Positions 23,093-36,416 of a DNA stretch of 64,000 bases are shown piece after piece (position 1 is the first letter of the stretch; each line of letters begins with the position of its first letter). Under the pieces are notes generated by a model. The model saw only the letters and a program-made list of their open reading frames with translations, searched no databases and was not told the origin of the DNA. This DNA is from Takakia lepidozioides (lineage: Eukaryota; Plantae; Bryophyta), in NCBI GenBank assembly GCA_030704615.1, contig CM060733.1, positions 39,184,001 to 39,248,000 on the forward strand. Direction: 5' to 3'. A program made the position numbers and the translations under genes.

Positions 23093-25481
23093 CATGAATC
23101 CCATACCTCCCATGTCTCCTCCCTCAAGAGTAGGAGGTGGACCATCCGGCCTTGGAGCCGGTACTACCTGAGCTATGGCCATGGCAGCGAGCCTCTGCTC
23201 TAGCTGCTGAAGCCGGTTGGCCATGCCTTGGTCACCACCCTGACCTCCACGTCCCTGGTCATGTTGAGCTTGCCCTTGGCCTGCCCCTCGTGCCTAGCTA
23301 CCTCGTCCTCTCTGGGCTGCTCCACCTCGCCCCCGGCCACCATTGTTCCCTTGGAACTGGCTTGGGCGCAACTCAGGATGCAAACCATAACACTGGGCCT
23401 CTCAATGCCCGTACTTGCCACAATGCCCACACTGCAACTGTGCAGGCTGTGCCGGTGCTAAACCATTGCCTCCCTCTGGGCAATCCTTCTTGACATGGGG
23501 TCCTCCACATGTCCAACACACCACATCTGTCCGTTGTTGGCCTGCAAATTACGGAAGAGATCCATGCATCTGCTATGTTACGCAAAAACTGAGACACCCA
23601 ATCCTGCAAATAACCCATTTTGAAAGATGGTGAACAGAGATACAGAGCCCGGTGAAGTCACTCCCTATCACTTGTATAGGGCACGTGAGATAAATGAGTA
23701 TTTTGTAGGGGGGTATGTTACTTAAGGTATTTTTTACTACCCTATAATTACATAATTTTGTAATATGGTGAATTTTTGGCATGCTATTCTAATTATAATT
23801 TTTGTTTCAAATAAATATTAGACACCGTATATTAAAATAATACAATAAAAGATTTTTACAAGACAAATGAATTTATTATTTGGTTAAAATAAATTCATTT
23901 TATTCGCATCATCAGCATTCAAAGTATAAACGTTTTGCGCTCTATCGAAATCACAGTGACTGAACTAATAATTGAGTCTACATCTCACTTGTTGTCGGTA
24001 TTATCATATTTGAATTTAAATTGTCCTCTAGATTTTGAGAAGTAGTTTAATAACACCATGGTGTGGTTGGTCTATTTAGGAGATCAATAGGCTGTCGCGA
24101 TATCCCCCACCTGCTCCCTGCCTTCCTTCTCATTTTTTGAATCCTATATAGCCACCATTTTACCAGTAAGCTACATACAAATACCTATATCCTTCCGCTA
24201 AGAACATATATATATTTTTGCAAGGAGCCGGATCTCACCTTAGGTAATTTGAGGTCACCTTACAAGAGCCATATTACAGGCTGATAAATGAGACAATGCT
24301 CCTCAATATTGATAGCCCCCAAAATCGCCATTCAGATCGTCTCAAGTATCTTGCTGCAATACCCTTACCCGTGCTGATACCCCGCCTTGCCCCCATATAC
24401 CGGTCCAACACTGGTTCCAAACCCTCGATGTTCATGAGTGCATGAGATATGTTACTAAGATCAATCTGCTCCTTGGTCATAGATACTAGTTTTGGATTTG
24501 TGTGACTTTCATGACTTGTATTTGTGTGACTTAGTATTTGGTACACATCATCTGGTGTTGGAGGATTCAGCTGAAGAGTAGACTTAATTTCGAGCTAGTC
24601 TTCTGCATCGTATTGTAACATGATCGGGGTTTTTCCCAAAGGGAGTTTTATCCTTCACTCAAATTGCAGAGTAAGGTTTTCTCCCTTGGGTTTTTTCATC
24701 CCTCTCATGCGGGATGCATAGTGATATTAGGCATAGTGTAGGACTGGTGTAAGCTTCGGCTTTTATAATTTGATTAGCTCGCTGGAGCTCGCTCTTCCAG
24801 CAGGGCAGGCTTTACATATGTGGGGCCCTCGAGTCCAAAAAAATCCAGATTCCATTCTGTCAGGGGATGTAAAATGAAGGGTAGTTGGATCATTTAGTAG
24901 CAATCTACAATTGGTTCATGACTATTGGCACATGTTAACAGTAACATGATCGGCCAAGTTGTCTGCTGATGTGTGATGAGGGATTAAGGTAATCAAGGCA
25001 AATAGGGCCCACCTCCCAAAGGGGGCATAGCCGTGAGGCGAAGTGGCTCTTAGTTATGCCGGCGAGAGGATTGCGGATGTGGCGGGCGTCTATCGACGAT
25101 CGACTAATCAAGGAAACCAATCAATTGTATGCCACCTGTTGTTCTAGATTACCCTTATTTTATTATAAAAAGCTGGGTGTCAGGCCGAAAGCAAGATGAG
25201 CAGTGTGGAGTGGATGTGAATGTCATGATGCTTTTGCATGTCTTATGATTGGTCCAGCAGTTTGTGTCCTCTGGAATAGGATCCCGTCTCTCTAGCTTAG
25301 CAGGTTCTACTCGCTAACTTTTCTTTGTGTGCCCCGGCCCTGAGAGGAAAGGGGAATATCCCATGGGTAGAGAAACATGCTTTACTGTTTTGATCCCTGA
25401 TCTGCCGTTCATCCGCCATCCCACTTTCATCCATCATCCACTTAAAACCATCGTTACCCTAAAACCAACGTTATCACCACA

Positions 25482-25512
<31 letters not shown>

Positions 25513-25519
25513 GAGCTTG

Positions 25520-28205
25520 GAAGGCAGTAGCCCTTGTGGTGAAGAGACACCATAATTTACGCACGAAGAAATAATGCAATCACCAAATGTCTGGAAGTGT
25601 GTCAGTTTCAATTGCAAAGAGGGCAGGAAGGTCCCCATATGATGGCCTCATGTACAACAGTGAAGAGGAATCTGTCCTTACTGCTGCACGAAAGGGAATA
25701 GTTTATGAGGATAAAAACTGGGGTCTCACAAAGGAGAGAAAATGAACAAGTATTTTTTTGCCAAGCCGGCTCAAAGGAGATCGGCTACACTAATTCCAGC
25801 TCTTCGTGACCCTCTCTCAGGGCCGCTCACAGATAGCCCAAGGAACATGGCCTCAGTAGCTGCAGGGTATTTTCAACAGTTGTTCCAAAGGCAGGAGGAC
25901 TCTGCCCTCAAGGATCAGGCCAAAAAGACCCTTCTTCACCACATTCCATGTGCCTTATCTGACATGGATAAAGGGTCCCTGGCAGCTCCTTTCACCATGG
26001 ATGAGTTGGGTAGGGCTGTGGAGTCTATGGCTTCCTTGAAATTGTCTGGGTTGGATGGCTTACCAATTGAGTTCTTCAAAGTAATAATGTGGCAAACTAT
26101 TGGAGATGAGTTTCTATCTATAGTCAATGACATACTGGAAAAGAAACTTATGCCATCTCAACTCTGTGAAGGGCAGAAAACTCTGTATTACAAAAAGGGG
26201 GACAGGGACTGTGTGGCCAATTACCGCCTTATCACATTGCTCAATTCAACATACAAAATTGTGGCAAAAGCACTTGCAATGAGGCTGCAACCCCTGCTGC
26301 CACAGATCATTAGGATGGACCAGACTGGCCTTTTTCTGAAGGATTGTATGATACTTGACAACATCTTGTTGGCTTATGAGGCCCTGCACAAAGCTGAGAT
26401 TAATAACCAACCGCTCGCCTTCTTGATGCTGGATTTCGATAAGGCGTTCGACTCTATAGACTGGCATTTCCTTTTGAAAGCTCTGGACAAATCAGGACTC
26501 TGAGGCCCTTTCACCACCTGGGTTCATATCCTCCTGCACTCGGCCTCAAGCAGGGTAATGGTAAACGGGGTCATCTCAAAATCCTTTCCCATCTCCAGGT
26601 CTGTGCGGCAGGGAAACCCATTAGCACTGTTCCTTTTTCTGATTGCTGCAAACTCATTGGGTCATCTGCTAGATCACAGACTTGATATTCTGGGGCTCCA
26701 TTTGCCAACTCTACAACCAGAGTCAATGTATGCAAATGACACCTCTCTGCTCCTTGACAACTCCACCTGGGGTAATATTGAAAGAGCCCTGCAGGCCCTG
26801 CAGACTTTCTGCCTCGGCTCCGGTCTCAAAGTCAACTGGAGAAAGTCAGTGGACATCTTGTCAATTATGCATAGTGGGGCAGCAGTTGGTCACTACCATC
26901 CATTGGGGGGGGGGGGAAGACATTGGATTGAGGTGGTTGCAGGCTGGGGAGTCACACAAGCTGCTGGGTCATCTAATGGGTCACCACCTATCGCAGCTCC
27001 TTTAGTGAAGGAGGATGGTTATACAAATTTGTGGACAAAGGAAGACTCCCCATCCATCTGGCTCCCTCCGGAGGAGGCTTCTAGATTTTCACACAGGGTT
27101 CCTGTGCTACTTCATTCTCCAGATGCTGAGCATTCATGCAATCAGCGTGCCTACTGGATGATAACTCGCCCATGTCCACCATGAGCAAAGGTATACGACA
27201 GAGCTGGAGCCCTTATTTTGAAGGCACAGTTCTGTGTGCCAGGATAAACTGTTGAGCTTAAAATTGATTGAAGCTCGATCAATATCTAGTGGTGACGTGC
27301 TCGGCACCTACCTTCCCGACTTGCGCTTTACCTGGCAGATCACCATCCCCCCTCAATGGGAAATCCCCTGGTGAAGGTGAAGAAGCAGACTTCAATTGGC
27401 GCCAAAAAAAAACAAGAGATCACAAGTCTAGAGCTCAGCTAAAATTTTGATACCTCAAGCTCCTCGGGCAGATCTCCCTCAATCCCTGGATTGTGGCAGA
27501 TCTCTCTGAATTTCGGGGTATCAGCAACTCTCCTCCAGCATCGTCCTCCCTCAGCTCCAGGACTCTTGGCTAGGGTCGGCACTCCTTTTTTAGATCCCAA
27601 TGCTACAGTTCTGATTTCAGAGCTTTATATTGTACTCATAAGACGTTGTTTGCCGTAGCCTTGTGCCATTGACCCCGCGCCCAGTTTCAGAGCTTTATAG
27701 TACACTAGCAGCGGGATTCTTGTTCCTCCTCCCCTTACTCTCTGCACTCTGCCCCTCTATTATCCTTTGGCTTAAGCTCATAATTCTACATTCTCATGAA
27801 CGCGCCTAGGATCCCATCTTACTATCCTCATAGATCTTTGCTCTCTCTCGTCACTTCCGATCCTTTGCTTCAGTAGCTTGTGTGCTAGGGTGCGGGGGAA
27901 GTTTCCCCCATTAAGTCTTCATGGCAGTGGTTATTTTTTCCACTGATGTTGACAATCTTTTATTGGCTCTCTTGTAGAGAGAGACTTTGCGGAGAGATGC
28001 AAGTCAATGGAGAAACTGTGGTCAGAGTACCATACACCATGTCAAGGCGCTGATTGCTGTGTTGGGCTGAGTCATGCTCCCTACTCTTGCCTTCATCTTA
28101 TGTTGTTCCAAAGTAAAGCAAGAGAGCCAATTGCCGTTTGAGGCTTGTTAATTTGATTAAAAGGGGCGAGTCCGTCCCCTTTCTCTAAGAAAAAATAAAA
28201 TAAAA
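25520..28205 (+). mobile_element. 5'-truncated, decayed LINE (L1/Tx1-like RT)
   Basis: SGLDGLPIEFFK, NYRLITLLNSTYKIVAK, LDFDKAFDSIDW, SVRQGNPLA, MYANDT (degenerate YADD), SGLKVNWRKS. A-rich tail at 28189-28205. Confidence 0.9.
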
Positions 28206-28373
28206 TTACGCTCCCTTGGGGAGGCGTCTATATATATAGAGCTGAGGTGGTTGGTAAGCCCTGAACCCTAAATTTGCTACCGGCCTCTCCTCTTGCAGAG
28301 CCTACCTCTCGATTGTGTTCCACCACCTCGCAAACCGGCTGCACTGATATATCTGACAGCGCCATAAATCAGC

Positions 28374-31300
28374 ATGGCTACCAGTACGCTTCCGTTTCAT
28401 TTCTGTTCCTATCAATCTGAATCTATCATGCTGAAAATGCTGTTGTTCGTGCTACTCGTTGGCGAAGCTGACATCTGAGCACATGCATTGTTGTGTAGGG
28501 TCACAGTTTGAAAATAGCAGTGAAATTGGTGTATTTTCAAAGCTCACCAATGCTTACTGCCTGGTGGCCATTGGGGGATCAGAAAACTTCTACAGGTAAT
28601 TTTCCTGGACCTTTGCCTTATTTCGGTCCATAACATGCTCTTCTCACTGTTCTTAGCATCCTCTACCTGCTCTTGCTTTTAACTTGATGGTATTGAAAAA
28701 TTTAAACATTGCAGGTCCTTCATATGTATCCAGGAAGGTGGGGATTTTAGGATCGATTTTCTAGCATGTGATTTGGGCCCGCGGAAGCCATTTTGTGCAT
28801 TAGTATGCCATATGGACAGATACAAAGTTGGGAAGGAAGCTGATGGGAGAGAGTAGGAAGTCTGTATCGTGATACAGTGGGATCGATAATTGTTGTGATG
28901 ACAGCACATTTGAAGCAGAGCTCGCAGATGTCGTGCCTGTTGTGAAGGCGTCAATTGCTGGCACACGTGTTATAGGCCGGATGTGTGTGGGTAAGCCCAA
29001 TTGTTCCTCAAAGTTGTTTATATTTAGGACATATGTTCTTAAGATTACTGGCTACAGCATGCATGTATACTTGAGAGTAAATGAATGAGGTCAGGGGATC
29101 TTTAGACCGCAAAAGTGATGAGCTCAAGGCTTGTGTAGGGTAAGTCATTTCCTTGGATTTAAGTTTAAGATACTTTAGACCATGTATCTTTTCAGTCACT
29201 TGGGCTGCACTTGGGCAAATGCCTTGAAGTGTCCTGATTTGCAGGGAAATTTTCTGTGCCCCAGCTCAAGATCAGGTATACTTTGATGTATCCCTCAAAG
29301 TTTGGAATCATTTGACAAATCTGCATGACCTGGAAGACCTCCGCACGCAATCTCCAGCCTATTTTGGGCTATACGAGAAGACCCCTCAAAAGAAATAGAG
29401 CTAGGCTGATAGAAGTTTTTGGTGTGGAGCAGGCAACAAGAATGGTTTGCTGCTACCCAACTCTACTACTGATCAAGGTGTGCTCTTTGTTACACATCCT
29501 TATTTTGGCCTGCTCGGGTTTGAAGCTGTTAGACCTGTTGTAAAGACTAGTGTGCCTTTCCCGCCGGATGATTTTGCATTGCGTCCCAGCCCATGCCAAT
29601 GGAATATACATCTCTGTAGGATAATGAGTTATTTGGTCCACCTTGTTAAATAGTATCTGGTTGCGGGTGTGTAACAGAGCTGCTCCACATGAGGAACTGC
29701 TTGCCGGATAGTGTGGTAGTCCAAAGAGTGGACGAGCGGTTGTCTGCCCTGGGCAACTGCATCACCTGTAATGACTATGTGTCGCTCATTCATACAGATC
29801 TGGACAGGGTGGGTGTCTTGCTGCCTTGCTTTGGTAACTTTCTGAGGGCTTACTATACCATGGTCTGTCCACAATGGTCTGTTCATAACTCTCCTACACA
29901 ACTAAACTACTTAGGAGTGTAGCAAACTGTCCAGGGCACCAGGGTGTAGCTTGTGTTATGTGCTTCATTTGTGTTTCCCCTGCTTTTGGCATTTGCAGCC
30001 GGGATGTAGTGTGCTTGTTCAATTTCTAGGATTTGCAAAGGCAGAGCCCTTTTCAACGTGGTTATGGATACCTGTTCAATATGAAGTAGGGTGGGATGTC
30101 CCAGTATGCAGTTTTAGTGACACAAGGCATGCTCTGAGCTTGTTTGATCCCATGATGGACATGCATAAATAAGTGTTACTCCTGTATCCAGATAGACCAG
30201 GGAGGCTACTGCCAATTCGATGTGACTGAACAGCAACATCTAGGACAGCTGAATGAATGAGTTGCCCTGTTAGCATGTAAGGATGGTAGTGTTAGTCAAT
30301 TGCCACATTTTTTTTTGCATAGCCATACAACCTATGTACAAGACAGGCTAGTGACAAGATTGTAAGACCCACATCATGAAGAGGTTTGTCTCACAGGACT
30401 GGTGTGGGTGGATGCCACAGGAAACAGAGGAGTTGATAGCAGATGTGCTCGGTGTGGAGGTCTTCAGGCAAACAATTGCTGGCAACATCCTTGTAGGCAG
30501 CTACTGTATTTTCTCCAATCGTGGTGGTTTGGTGAGTCTATCATTTTCGTTCAGTGGTGTTGTAGGGTTACACCGCTTGGATATAGTTCTCGTTGTGGGG
30601 CCAAGACGGAGAGAAGAGTGTGCAGGCCTATGGCAGCATCACTGCAAAACAGAAGGGGAGAGGTGGGGGGGGAGTGTGCTTTGCATGGACAAATAACTGT
30701 GACATACTTTTGAGCATTCATTGAGTTCAAACCTGTGAAGATTGTCAAATTTCTTGCAAACCAGAATGGATTCCACAAAACTTGTGAAGACAACTTATGG
30801 CCTGACACCTCAATTGGACATACCAACATTGAAGATTTGGTAGTTAACTAGTTAGCTAGTTAAAAATAGTTTTCTCCTAATAATTTTCTGGTGTCGAATG
30901 GAGCTCATCTTTTTGTAGATGATGATGCAAGGGTGTAGGCAACGTCACTTTGAACTCTGAAACCGAAGATTGTCTTTCAGAGAAAATGTGAACTCCGCAA
31001 GTCTGTTGTATGTTGGATGCCCAAATTACAAAGGAAATTAGATAAGACCCCTTTTGACGTGAAAGAGTCAACTCTTTCCTGTTAGTATCAGATCCGAAGT
31101 CCAAGCCGTATAACCAATCTCATGTGGGTGAGCTAGCTTTTTTGTGAGGGAAGAGTTAAAGAATTACTGGTGAGTCTATCATTTTAAAGAATTACTATAA
31201 ACATGCTGAAAATCATCTACATGTGGAGACTGACTCAGTTCTTGCACGCATGTAATGGTTAATGAAGACTCCATTGAGGCTTTTGCTGTTGTAAAGAGGG

Positions 31301-31798
31301 CAGGTTGATGCCCATGAGGGTGGAAAGCGAGAATTTCTAAACATCAGAAAGGAGTGAAAACTCCAACCCTCCAGCAAGTGAGGTGCTTCATTTATAGAGG
31401 GTAGTTGGGGAAAAGGGAGAGAGAGAGCAACAATTTCACTCAAGTGCGCTTTGTATTGCTGCATGATAGGCTCGCTACAAATCAACATTCGCATGGAGTT
31501 GGTGGTTGACAGGTCATATGTGTGTGGTGGGTGTGAACAGGTGCATCCTCACACATCGATAGAGGACTTGGATGAGTTGTCCTCATTGTTGCAAGTGCCA
31601 TTGGTGGCAGGCACAGTCAACCGAGGAAGTGAGGTAGTAGGTGCCGGACTTGTTGTCAATGACTGGACTGCATTTTGCGGGTTGGACACCACAGCGACCG
31701 AGCTGTCAGTGATAGAGAGTGTATTTAAGCTGCGGGAAGCTCAGCCTAGTGCCATTGTCAATGACATGCGGGCTTCTCTCATTGACAGCATGTCATGA
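28374..31798 (+). CDS. EIF6: Eukaryotic translation initiation factor 6 (exons 28374-28383, 28499-28595, 28905-28990, 29433-29477, 29678-29808, 30421-30531, 31541-31798; 245 aa)
   Basis: [26 protein letters not shown]...GNKNGLLLP...[12 protein letters not shown]...[30 protein letters not shown]...SLIDSMS*. Exons sum to 738 nt and all introns are GT-AG. Confidence 0.96.
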
Positions 31799-33186
31799 CT
31801 ACCCGGCCTTTCCCATCTTATTTTGATGACAGTTGGGGTGTGCATATCCCATGATCTGCTCATTTGAGCCTGGTGCCAAACTTAGCTGGAGATACATGGC
31901 AGCTTTTAGGAGCGTGTAGGACATAAAGGGTACATCCCTGTCTCTCCTATGCTTGCCTGCCTTGTTGATGTGATGTTTTTCCCGCTTATATGTATAGCCC
32001 ATTATGTCCTACACGCTACCATCGAAAAGGGTTTATTTTCCTGCAAAATCTGCTATCTAACGGGGGATTTTGTTTAATTCAGTGGGGAGGGTCGAATGCT
32101 TGATGCCAAGAATATTCAAGCGATCAAGAAACTGACCCTTGATGCAATTACACAAGAAACCGGAGGCAGCCATCCGTAGGAATGCTGATTGAGGGGAGGT
32201 GCAGTAGCCCTGGAATTACAGAATCTTTAGTGTTGATTCTACTCATGTTATTCTGGTACCAGCATTGTGAGTCGGGCATGGATGCTGCTCTAGGGTTAAG
32301 GGTTGTCATGATATTGGTAAGGTTTGGTTGTGTATGAGGAAAGAGAATTACACTCCCCCCATGACTCTGATTCCTTGAGAGGGAGTGTCGGTGGAAATTA
32401 GCTGCTCTTAGTCTTTTTTTTGAGAATGTCATAACAACAGTAGGACCTCTGTCGTGTGTGGGCAGCACTGACATGAGACATGAGACATGGACATGAGAAA
32501 TGACATGATCAGGTAGTAGCTTATGAGAGATCTTAAAACTCGTCAGCATGCTGTCTTCATTACAATGGGAAGGTCACAACCTGGACTCTGGTAATGAAGG
32601 GGTAGAAAGGGGCCAGCCAGGGCAGCATCTGTAGATGGCAAACTGGAAGGTAATGTCACATTCCATAGACATATCATATCATACCACTACACAGGAGTTG
32701 ACCTCTGGGGCTAAGAAAGAATGATGTGTATCTTGTTGTCCAATGATGAAATCTGCATAGTGAAGCTACTGGATATTTGACTCAAAACTCCTGCACTGGC
32801 ATATAAAGGGGAGCACTGATAGCTGAACCATAAACAGGGAATCTTCAGGAGGAGGGAGAACATAAGGGAGGGGGAGAGTTGAGAAGTAAAAGGGATTTGA
32901 AGGGAGGCATATGGGTGAGATGAATGGAAAAACCATGAGATGCTTGAAAGCACCAACGTCTGAATCCTATGGCAGATCCATGATCTCGTACCAATCGCTG
33001 TGGTTCAATTGATGGGTCTGGGCAAGGCTTGAGGCCATGCTTTAGAGCAGAGCTAGGGCAAGTTTGCTTCAGGGCAGGACTTAGCTAAGTTGCAGTAAAG
33101 ACTTTACTGGTCTCTGATGATGAAATCAATTACATCCAAGTTTTCTCAAAATATTTGGACCTAATCGGGGCTCATTGTGGTTGTGT

Positions 33187-35276
33187 TCAATGGAGTCTTC
33201 ATTAACCATTACATGCGTGCAAGGACTGAGTCAGTCTCCACATGTAGATGATTTTCAGCATGTTTGTAATTCTTCAAAATGATAGACTCACCAGTAATTC
33301 TTTAACTCTTCCCTCACAAAAAGCTAGCTCACCAACTTACACCCGAATCTCCAGTGTAGATATGTCCAATTGAGGTGTCATGCCATAAGTTGTCTTCACA
33401 AGTTTGTGGAGTCCAATCTGGTTTGCAAGAAATTTGACAATCTTCACAGGTTTTGAACTCAATGAATGCTCAAAAGTATGTAACAGTTATTTGTCCATGC
33501 AAAGCACACTCCCCCCCCCCCCCTCCCTCCCCTTCTGTTTTGCAGTGATGCAAGGCCTCGGCGGTCTTTGCTACTGCCATAGGCCTGCACACTCTTCTCT
33601 CCGTCTTGGCCCCATAACGAGAAGTATATCCAAGTGGTGTAACCCTACAACACCACTGAATGAAAATGATAGAGACTCACCAAACCACCACGATTGGAGA
33701 AAACACAGTAGCTGCCTACAAGGATGTTGCCATGCCTGAAGACCTCCACACCAAGCACATCTGCTATCAGCTCCTCTGTTTCCTGTGGCATCCACCCACA
33801 CCAGTCCTGTGAGACAAACCTCTTCATGATGTGGGTCTTACAATCTTGTCACTAGCCTGTCTTGTACATAGGTTGTATGGCTATGCAAAAAAAATTGTGG
33901 CAATTGACTAACACTACCATCCTTACATCCTAACAGGGCAACTCATTCATTCAGCTGTCCTAGCTGTTGCTGTTCAGTCACATCGAATTGGCAGTAGCCT
34001 CCCTGGTCTATCTAGATACGGGAGCAACACTTATGCATGGATCATGGGATCAAACAAGCTCAGAGCATGCCTTGTGATCACTAAAACTGCATGCTGGGAC
34101 ATCCCACCCTACTTCATATTGAACAGGTATCCATAACCACGTTGAAAAGGGCTCTGCCTTTGCAAATCCTAGAAATTGAACAAGCACACTAGATCCCGGC
34201 TGCAAATGCCAAAAGCAGGGGAAACACAAATGAAGCACATAACACGAGCTACACCCTGGTGCCCTAGACAGTTTAATACACTCCTAAGTAGTTTAGTTGT
34301 GTAGGAGAGTTATGAACAGACCATTGTGGACAGACCATGGTATAGTAAGCCCTCAGAAAGTTACCAAAGCAAGGCAGCAAGACACCCACCCTGTCCAGAT
34401 CCGTATGAATGGGCGACACATAGTCATTACAGGTGATGCAGTTGCCCAGGGCAGACAACCGCTCGTCCACTCTTTGAACTACCACACTATCCGGCAAGCA
34501 GTTCCTCATGTGGAGCAGCTCTGTTACGCACCAAATACTATTTTACAAGGTGGACCATATAACTCATTATCCTACAGATACGTATATTCCATTGTCATGG
34601 GCTGGGACCCGATGCAAAATCATCCGGTGGGAAAGCAAACTAGTCTTTACAACAGATATAACAGCTTCAAAACTGAGCAGGCCAAAATAAGGATGTGTAA
34701 CAAAGAGCACACCTTGATCAGTAGTAGAGTTGGGTAGCAGCAAACCATTCTTGTTGCCTGCTCCACACCAAAAACTTCTATAAACCTAGCTCTATTTCTT
34801 TTGAGGGGTCTTCTCGTATAGCCCAAAATGGACTGGAGATTGAGTGCCGAGGTCTTCCAGGTCATGCAGATTTGTCAAATCATTCTAAACTTTGAAGGAT
34901 ACATCAAAGTATACCTGATCTTGAGCTGGGGCACAGAAAATTCCCTGCAAATCAGGACACTGCAAGGCATTTCCCTAGGTGCAGCCCAAGTGACTGAAAA
35001 GATACATGGTCTAAATTATCTTAAACTTAAATCCAAGGAAATGACTTACCCTACGCAAGCCTTGAGCTCGTGACTTTTGAGGTCTAACGATCCCCTGACT
35101 ACTCTCAAGTATACATGCTGTAGCCAGTAATCTTAAGAACATATGTCCTAAATATAAACAACTTTGAGGGACAATTGTGCTTACCCACACATCTCTGGCT
35201 TATAACACGTGTGCCAGCAATTGACGCCTTCACAACAGGCACGACATCTGCGAGCTCTGCTTCAAATGTGCTGTGC
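33187..35276 (-). pseudogene. EIF6: Inverted partial genomic copy of eIF6 (exons 3-6 plus introns and parts of intron 6)
   Basis: Reverse complement of ~28901-30835 and ~31127-31277. Has a 9-nt deletion in exon 6 (VFRHGNIL versus [11 protein letters not shown]). Lacks exons 1, 2 and 7. Confidence 0.93.
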
Positions 35277-36416
35277 TCAGGCATGTGGCTGGTGTGGAAA
35301 GTGCATCTCTATAAAGGCAGTTTCAGAAAGCAATACCCAGGGGCTAGGGCATAACGTTCTCACCAAGGTACTGAAAATAGGTTTACGAGGAAATACAGAA
35401 ACCACAAATTGTGGACAGGAGTTCAATTTTACGTTACTAAAATGTTATATTGCTACATTTACAGTCACAGTAAGATCAAATCAACAGACTTAGCATATGA
35501 CTTTTGCCACAGTATTGGAAGGTACTCACGGTATCTGACCTGGGCAGTGATGCTGGCTTGTGCATATTGCAGTAGAATGTTGTAGAGAGCTACATATGTT
35601 TATCCCCTTGTTTTCTCATCTATTGCCTGTCGGATGCTTGTTGTCCCAGTTACTTTTGGAGACTATTGCTCTTGCTTCAACCACCTTTGCCACAGCGTTG
35701 GGGTGCTCGTACTTGCTGGAGAAGCCATTTCTACTATCCGTGGAAGTGTTCATCAAGGAGACATTTAATCTCATCAATGTGCTCTGTTTCTCGAGTACGG
35801 AGGTAGGTTGTAGTTCCCTAAGGAACTCCATATTCTGCAGTAGAATGGGTCAAGTATTGTGAGTTAGTGCTTCAATCACTCATGATGTGAATTGATGGCC
35901 AATGCAGCTCTAGCCTTTTGAACTATTAAGAGGCATCCTCGTTGGACTGGAGGGAATATTGTTCAGTCTATAAGGACCAGATCCAGCTTGGCTGGAAGAG
36001 TTAGTTGTAATCTTGGGTGTCCTAACTGATGGGAAAGACAGGGATTTCAACTGGCGTCACTAATGGGCTACTAAGGAGTCACAGCTGAAAGCGCAGCTTA
36101 GATTTTGATTCTCCTTGGACTTGCACAAGTCTGCTTTGTTTTGACCACTGTGTGGTCACACAGTTGTGGTTTGCATTCAAGGACCTTGCACTAGCCATCT
36201 TGTGTGGCTGCTGCTAGTGATTTGCCCTCATGCTTTTCTCTTACTGTATCAAATATAGGTAGATAAGGTGTGCACATATGTCCTCTGGTCAGGCCTTCAA
36301 CTATATGGTGAAGAATGCATGTTTTTTGGCTTTGACATATACATGTGATCCAATAACAACAGATAGTCAGCTAGGGAAGTTTTGATTTGGATGATCCCTT
36401 CCTTGTCTGATTGCAG

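Larger units (their letters stand above)
20306..23560 (-). mobile_element. Ty3/Gypsy-like retroelement remnant: Gag zinc knuckles - aspartic protease - DNMT3-like methyltransferase
   Basis: CWTCGGPHVKKDC and CGHCGKYGH*EAQC at ~23385-23520. LRVLLDSGAQPLMLG...YDVLVGG at ~22040-22300. The C5-MTase motifs follow in the same frame. Confidence 0.85.

Noticed and set aside
25503-28243. tatatatagagct as the LINE target-site duplication
   Set aside because: The right copy is ~23 nt away from the poly(A) tail and the motif is mostly low-complexity, so it cannot be supported.
32050-33180. Degenerate LINE RT on the minus strand
   Set aside because: The composition is suggestive but no intact RT motif is visible.
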